A stretch of DNA of 64,000 nt. Origin: Tubulanus polymorphus. Its lineage: Eukaryota; Animalia; Nemertea. The notes below the pieces were generated by a model, which was not told the origin of the DNA, did not search any database, and saw nothing but the letters and a program-made list of their open reading frames with translations. Shown piece after piece: positions 57,236 to 64,000 of the stretch (position 1 is the stretch's first letter; every line of letters begins with the position of its first letter). The stretch is taken from assembly GCF_964204645.1 (NCBI RefSeq), contig NC_134036.1:4866600-4930599 (forward strand). The letters run 5' to 3'. The translations under genes and the position numbers were made by a program.

Positions 57236-58909
57236 TAAATGTTTTAAACAGTCTAAACGCTTTTATCCGTCAAATATTATCGGGTTGTCCTATTTAAGCT
57301 CAAGAGTAGTTTTCATTTTGATTATTCGTTCATAAAGTTCACACATTTCACCCCAAATCATCCCCTCTCTGCAAGACGCGTTGGGAACTATAGAAAATAT
57401 TGGAATTTTAAACATGATATTGATTTCTCAAAAACCCTGGCGAACGAAGTTATCAGAATATTTCTGAAATATAATTGGGCGTGGGTATTAACGACACGTG
57501 GAAACGATGGAACCGAAAATTTATTTAGAATTGGATAAGAAATGTGGTGCGAATATCAAATTGCCCAAATTACCGCGAGATGTTGAACCTGTTATTTTTC
57601 ATTTTACCTGCTAATTCAGCTTCATAGAAATAAAAGATGAATTGACCTCGTAAATACTCAGCGCATCATTAGAGTTGTTAAAATTCTAAGGCGTCACGTT
57701 TGAAACATATAGCTTAATCTTTTCTTTCATTTCTTAATATAAGATAGCGAATATTTCGTTTTCTCTTTAAGATATCAATCGAATGCGGAATTTTAGTTAA
57801 AAAATAATGATTGTTTTAACAAAGCGCGAGGGAGTAGAGAATAGATTTCTATATCGCAAACACTTTCTTTTCGGATTCATCACTTTGACCGTACGTACGA
57901 GTGACGTTAAGATAATAAATAGGTCAAGAGATTTTAGGGCGTTTTTCAACCAGTGTTGTTTATAAGTAACGGTAAATTTCATTTTTATAGGAAATCGATT
58001 TTTGCCCAGACTCGAGCTACCCACTCGCCAGTCATCAACTGGTGGATCTGTCTTTCAATTACGAATAAATGTAAATACAGCCTACGAAGCATTTTACAGA
58101 ACTGAATTGGATTGGAGAATGTGTACGCTGAAAGTTACCAATTACGTGTTTGGTATAATGAAAAACCCAGACGAATTAACATCCAACTATGATATATCCT
58201 ATAGATTTTCAATTACAAACACGAACCCGCTGTTTTATTCCCGGTATGTTCGATCTCTTTATTTTATAACACATTAATCTAATTATCCTAACATTAAACT
58301 AACCGATCAAACGAGTAAGAAGGGCAATACATATTTCAGGATCGAAAACTTCAAAACGCGGTTCGTGAATTCGCGAAAACAGCGTCTTAGTAACGCGTAA
58401 AGTAACGCGCTACGACTTGTTTGAACTCACGCCAGTCGCCAATTTTCAAAACGGTCAAAATCCCGAAACCGAGTGATACGTATAAACTGCGATTCCAATA
58501 ATAATCATAAAGTCGAATTTGTCGGAAGGTCGAGCGAAAATATATATTCGACTAGCTAATGAAATATTAATCTAAAAATAAAATACGTAAACGAACGGAA
58601 CGAAATAATTGGGATATTTTTATGTATAATTGGACATGAATATTTACCGCGCCTGAAGGAAACGTGAAACTGAAAATTGCTGAACAGATTGATGGTAATT
58701 ACTGGAGAACTCGCTCGAAAGAAATGTCAACGTTTGAAAATATATTTGTACCCTGAATTTGCTGATTGCAGCAAATGAATAGTAAGAAATCTAAAATGCT
58801 CCATCATTTATGGATAGAACATGAAGATAGAAAGTAACGTGAAAAGGCGATCAGTGATTGAAATAATAACTTTTGAATCTGGAATGAATTCCATCGTTGT
58901 GTTGTGTTG

Positions 58910-61900
58910 ATGTTGTTCGGTATGGAACAGCGACTGAGAGCGCTGTTTATAGCGTCGCTGATCGTCTGTAGAGTTCGCATCGCGAGCGCTGATCGCGCAG
59001 ACTCTATCGAGGAATCGTCTGTGACGGTAAGTTCGTCTTGTAACAACACGTGGTACCCGCTAGATTCTACGTCCGGTTACATCGTTTCACCGAATTACCC
59101 TTCGTTAACGCGCGGTGTTGAATGTCGTTGGTTCATCAACAGTTCCCTTCCGGGAACTGTTCATCTCCAAGTTTACTACTACATCGATCCGTCAATATTC
59201 TGTAGTGATAACTACCTTCTCGTCTACGAGTCTGAAAACAGATTCTGCGGTTATGGAAAACGTGAAATCCGCCGTAACGATTCGATCTCGTTAATGTTTA
59301 TGAGTAACGTCGATGGTAGGCGAGGTAGTCGGGTTTATATAACATATCGCTATGAGCGAAGTCCGTTGAAAATCAGCCACGTCTGTCTACGGTACAATAT
59401 AAGATTGGCGCGGCTAAAAGCTGACCGGGGTTTCAAGTTCGTTATTGAAAGACTTCAGAATTGCCAGTTGATTCTAGAATGGATCGAAATGCCGCGAGGT
59501 TATGCAATGAATATCACATTAATTGATGTAGTTCTAATATCAAATCAAATTTGGTCAGTATCAATTGAATTGTACGACGGTTTGAACACCAGCAGTGAAC
59601 CTATAGGTATTATACGAGAACAAACCGGACATCCGCCTTCGTCATTTTATACTAAAACAAATAAAGCAACCATATCTTCGATTCATCGGTATCCAGCAAG
59701 TCAATTCAAGCTTTTAGTCCGGTCGTATAAAATATCAGATTGGGACGTATCCAATCCGTTGATTCAAATCTCGAATAACGAGTCGGGAGTGCTCATTCCC
59801 GATGACAACAGTTTACACGTAATAACTCGATCGAAACACTTACACTGCTGGTCTATCACAGTGCAGGTGTTACAGTACGTCGTCTTTAACTGGACACGTG
59901 ATCTCATCACATCCGGAAAAGTCATTGGCGTATACAAACAAGAAGGGTTACGCGTTGTTGAAACTGATATTTTACTCGGTTACAACTACCTGCAAACACT
60001 GAGTGTCAAATCTGAAGGCTTTCTCGACGTTTTGTGCGTTTTAAAAACAACGGTCGACGTGAATGTGAGATTTGAAATAAACTATAGGATGGAATCTCTT
60101 TCGATATATGATATAAAGGTCATAAACCAGGTAAATATCACCTGTGAAATTTTGTTATCCCGTATCGATACGACTTGAAATCATTTAAGATAAAAACTGT
60201 CTGATATGCTTGTAATATTGGCCAACTCTAGGTACCAGTGTACCGAATGTGGTTTATGACGCAAGACTCGCTGTTTCCAAAACGAAATAAAGCCTCGGTG
60301 AATTATCGCGTCACTAGATACGAGTTCAAATGGAAAGTTGATATCTATGAAGAGAATATGGAACTAACAGTTTTATCTGAGAACTGCGAGCGAGCTGGAT
60401 TTTACATATTCGACGGTGGTAATTTCACGGCTAGACGATACGGTCCGTATTGTCCTCGTTTATGGACATACGGCCGTAACGTCGTCAGTCTGATTACATC
60501 AGGTGGATCGGTTACTGTAGTAGGATACGCTTATAACTGGGATGATCAGTTAACAGTCGGTAAGATATCATATCTCAGATTTCGTCCTACCGACTGCGAC
60601 GGGTATGTTTTAAAGGATGGAGAACATCGGATCAATATGACGTCACACTGTCTCGTGATAACACCGGAAAATCGACGCCTTCCTTTGAGAAATATAAATT
60701 TATTATCTAAACACGAATATCAAATTGACCGATGTTTTCAGGATCATCTATCTTTTGGTTCTTGTACAAGATATCTGCGATTGAGTAGTCAGGTTCTTAA
60801 TAACAGTCTCGTATTGAACGCTGTGAAAACACGTGTGACGTATGTATTCTGGCTCCATCCCTTATTAATTGAACTACGACGTAAATGTCAACGATCGAAG
60901 AAAGTTGCAGTATTTGGGGCTATCGACCAGTCACCACTGAATGATAATTGCGGAGTCATACAGTCACCAAACTACCCGGGATCAGCAGGGCACACCAGAG
61001 AAGCATTAATATATAGTTTCCAGAGTAGGAACATTCAGCGAATTGAGTATTACAGATTTGTAATCAAATATACTGAAAAGATACGCTGTGAGAAGGCATG
61101 GTCAGGCGACAAGGACCCGGTTATGATAACGCAATCTGTTACTGATACAACTAGCGGTCAAACACATCAACACGAAAATAGAATATGTGACAATAACGCG
61201 ATACCGGGACTTGTGTTTTATAGTTTAAGAGATGAGAACCTGTGGTTTGAGGTGAAAAATTACATACCGACATTTCAAATACAATACATACTAGAACAGC
61301 CGATACCGGTAAAACAGTTTAAAAATGTCTGTAAATCGGGATTTTTAGATTCGGGAATTTCATGCGTAAAATACATCAGAGATGAACGTCTGAATTGGGA
61401 GAATGCTGAATTGTACTGTAGACAGAAGTACGCGGGACACCTACTCAGTATCAACTCACAACAGGAAATGATTTCTATTAAAAGATTATTCGCTACAAAG
61501 CTTCTTCCAAAGGCATATTCACACAGAGCGCTCATAATGATGATTGGATTAAAACTGCAAGTAAGTCATGAGATAAGTCCTAAGGAAGTTTGTATATAAG
61601 AATTTGATGTTATGTTTAATCACGTGTTGGCAACTTAATTTTTCAGCCCGTTTCTGGTTATTACACGTGGACTGACGGGAAACCATTGAGCTACACAGAG
61701 TGGTATAAACCTACAAATAACGACACGATACCAGAAGTTATTCGAGGATTGATATCTCCTCTCAGAAAACAACCGATAAATGACGTCAATATGCCTTGTA
61801 CATCGATGATACTGAATAATCCACGAGGATCAGCGAACTGGGTTCGATTCCCCTGCGAAATTGAAGAGGTTCATACGAGTTTCATTTGCGAAACTGAAAG

Positions 61901-64000
61901 ATTTGTCAACGAAAATAGAACAGCAACCATGTGGAATGTAACCAAAAACGACACATTTCTATTTCAAAATACTGATTTCAACGATTCGAACTGTACGATT
62001 GGTTGGGTAAACATAGGTAAACAATGCTATCAAATACTGACAGATTGGAACAGACATCGAGGTCTTGATTCAAAAACTGCTACAGAGATGTGTCATAGCA
62101 TCGGATCTGATATGGGCAAAATATTCCGTAACACAGAAAATGACATCTTAAATTTGATAAAATCATTTCAATATCAACATCAATATAGCTCTATACTAAC
62201 GATGACTTCTTATGACACACTGCAAGTTATAAATCCAATAATCACCAGAGATGAAATTACTTATATTCAATCAATAAAATGGACAATGAAACAGTTTGAT
62301 AACGCGACAGATACGGTGCATTCTGTTTTGTGTTCCTACAATGTAACTGATGAAGAGTTGGCTCTTATAAGCGGTTGTAAATCGTGGCAGTTTGAATGTA
62401 GCGATCAAAGATGTATCAGCGACCATCGCGTATGTGATACCAGACACGACTGTCAACACGGTGAAGATGAAATGAGTTGTTCGCATATCAATTTACACAG
62501 TCAGTTTCAATGCGATGATGGTCAGGTTATATCAATAAGTGGATTTTGTGATTTCATACAGGATTGTGTGGATGGTTCGGATGAGGAATCTTGTATTCAT
62601 CCACCGTGTTTCTCTGAACAATTTCGCTGTGAAAGTGGTCAATGTATCAGTAGATCAAGTAGATGTGATGGAGTCACTGATTGTAAAGACGGATCAGATG
62701 AAATGGGATGCACTACTGAAATGTGTCAGGGGTTCCTGTGTAACAGTGGAGACTGTATTAGTTCTCAGTTATATCGGGATGGTGTCGTGGATTGTAGTGG
62801 AAGCCTCGAAGAAGATGAATTAGTAACAACTACTAATGTTATAGTGAATCCTACTGTTCAGTGCAATAATGAAAACTACTGCACAACTAATTTCACAAAT
62901 CTCTGTACGGAATCAGATGAACAAAGATGTTCTTTCAATTCTCCTCACTGTTATTCAAGACGTCGCAGATGTATTCTAGAAAGAATGACAAATAGTTTCC
63001 TAGTTTGTAGAGATCTTGAGCACGTATTGAGATGTGAAGAATTTGAATGTCCAGCTGGTACTGTAAAATGTCCAGCATCGTACTGTATACCGATCAGACA
63101 GGTGTGCGATGGTCAATCAGATTGTTCTAATTCAGAAGATGAACAAAACTGCGAGACATTTTCTTGTCCAGGAATGTTTAAATGCGGTCAGGAAAATCGG
63201 TGTATTCCCCAATCTGAAGTTTGTGACGGTTTCGTCAACTGTAAACATACAAATGATGATGAGGCTTTCTGTAATGTCACGTGTCCTACTGGCTGTAGAT
63301 GTCAAGGTCATTTGATTGATTGTGCGAATGCTCGTTTAAAAGATGTAACTGATCTTTTCTCGACATCAAGTCGAGTTTTAATTCTATCGAATAACAGAAT
63401 CATTCTGAGCGAGTCGACGTTTTCTTCATTCGTTTATCTTCGAATGCTCAACATCTCCTTCAATGAATTGTCTCATATTTTACCGAACTCGTTCACAAAC
63501 CTGCATAATCTACATACATTAGATCTTATATACAACAACATAACATCATTATCCACAAACACATTCATCGGGTTGCATAATTTAAAAGAGTTATTGATAA
63601 CTGAAAATCCTATACGCCATTTAGACGACAATACCTTCCAAGATTTAATGTCATTACAAATTCTGAACCTTCAAGGGCTTTCAGTTTTGCTGCTTGTTAG
63701 AGATGTATTTAGAGGTTTATCTGCATTACAGTCGTTGGATATTAGCAGAAACAGAATCCATCATATTTCACGATATGCTTTTTCAGGATTGAATGAACTT
63801 AGAATTCTCGATATCACCAACAACTCTAAATTTATTTCGACAGAAAGAGGCGTTTTCGATAATCTAACATCATTAGTCTCGTTAACGTCTGATGCTTACA
63901 AATTTTGTTGCATGGCTCCGAATGTTGACCAGTGTCTTCCTGAAGTCGATGAATTTTCCTCCTGTTCTGATCTGATGGGTAACACAGTCCTCAGAGCTAT
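58910..64000 (+). CDS. Copy 9 (3' truncated by the window at the start of TM1): CUB/C-type lectin/LDLa/LRR GPCR, GRL101-like
   Basis: Exons 58910-60130, 60232-61560, 61647->64000; introns 60131-60231 (101 bp) and 61561-61646 (86 bp). Exon 3 appears open to the window end (...FSSCSDLMGNTVLRA). Confidence 0.88.

Larger units (their letters stand above)
1..64000 (+). repeat. Tandem gene array with a ~7.6-7.7 kb unit (about 6.0 kb gene + about 1.65 kb spacer), 9 copies, extending beyond both window ends
   Basis: First ATGs at 5353, 13025, 20603, 28215, 35951, 43590, 51246 and 58910 (spacings 7672, 7578, 7612, 7736, 7639, 7656, 7664). Exons, introns and spacers are all alignable between copies, and all copies have the same orientation. 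Confidence 0.98.

Noticed and set aside
1-64000. Assigning a gene symbol (GRL101, RXFP1/2, LGR) or a species
   Set aside because: The resemblance is family-level only; orthology and taxon cannot be established without phylogeny or a database search.

Overview
Eukaryotic (animal, probably invertebrate; inference) AT-rich DNA. The whole window is a head-to-tail tandem array of ~7.6-7.7 kb units: 9 copies, the first and last cut by the window edges. The three long + strand ORFs per unit in the ORF track are not separate genes. They are three exons joined by two short phase-0 GT-AG introns (85-101 bp). Spliced, each unit encodes a ~1,930-aa receptor: signal peptide, about 5 CUB/CUB-like domains, a C-type lectin domain (split by intron 2), a second degenerate lectin-like domain, about 6-7 LDLa repeats, LRRNT plus about 7-8 LRRs, a hinge and a rhodopsin-class 7TM. 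This is a GRL101/RXFP-type (LGR type C) GPCR with a greatly extended N-terminus. The copies are mosaics: strongly divergent CUB-region blocks alternate with near-invariant blocks and are shuffled between copies, while the lectin core and 7TM are homogenised. This pattern suggests a diversifying recognition-receptor array (inference). Copy 8 has a nonsense mutation after TM2. One spacer carries a copy-specific perfect inverted repeat with 41-bp arms. No RNA genes, CRISPR arrays or recognisable transposons were seen.
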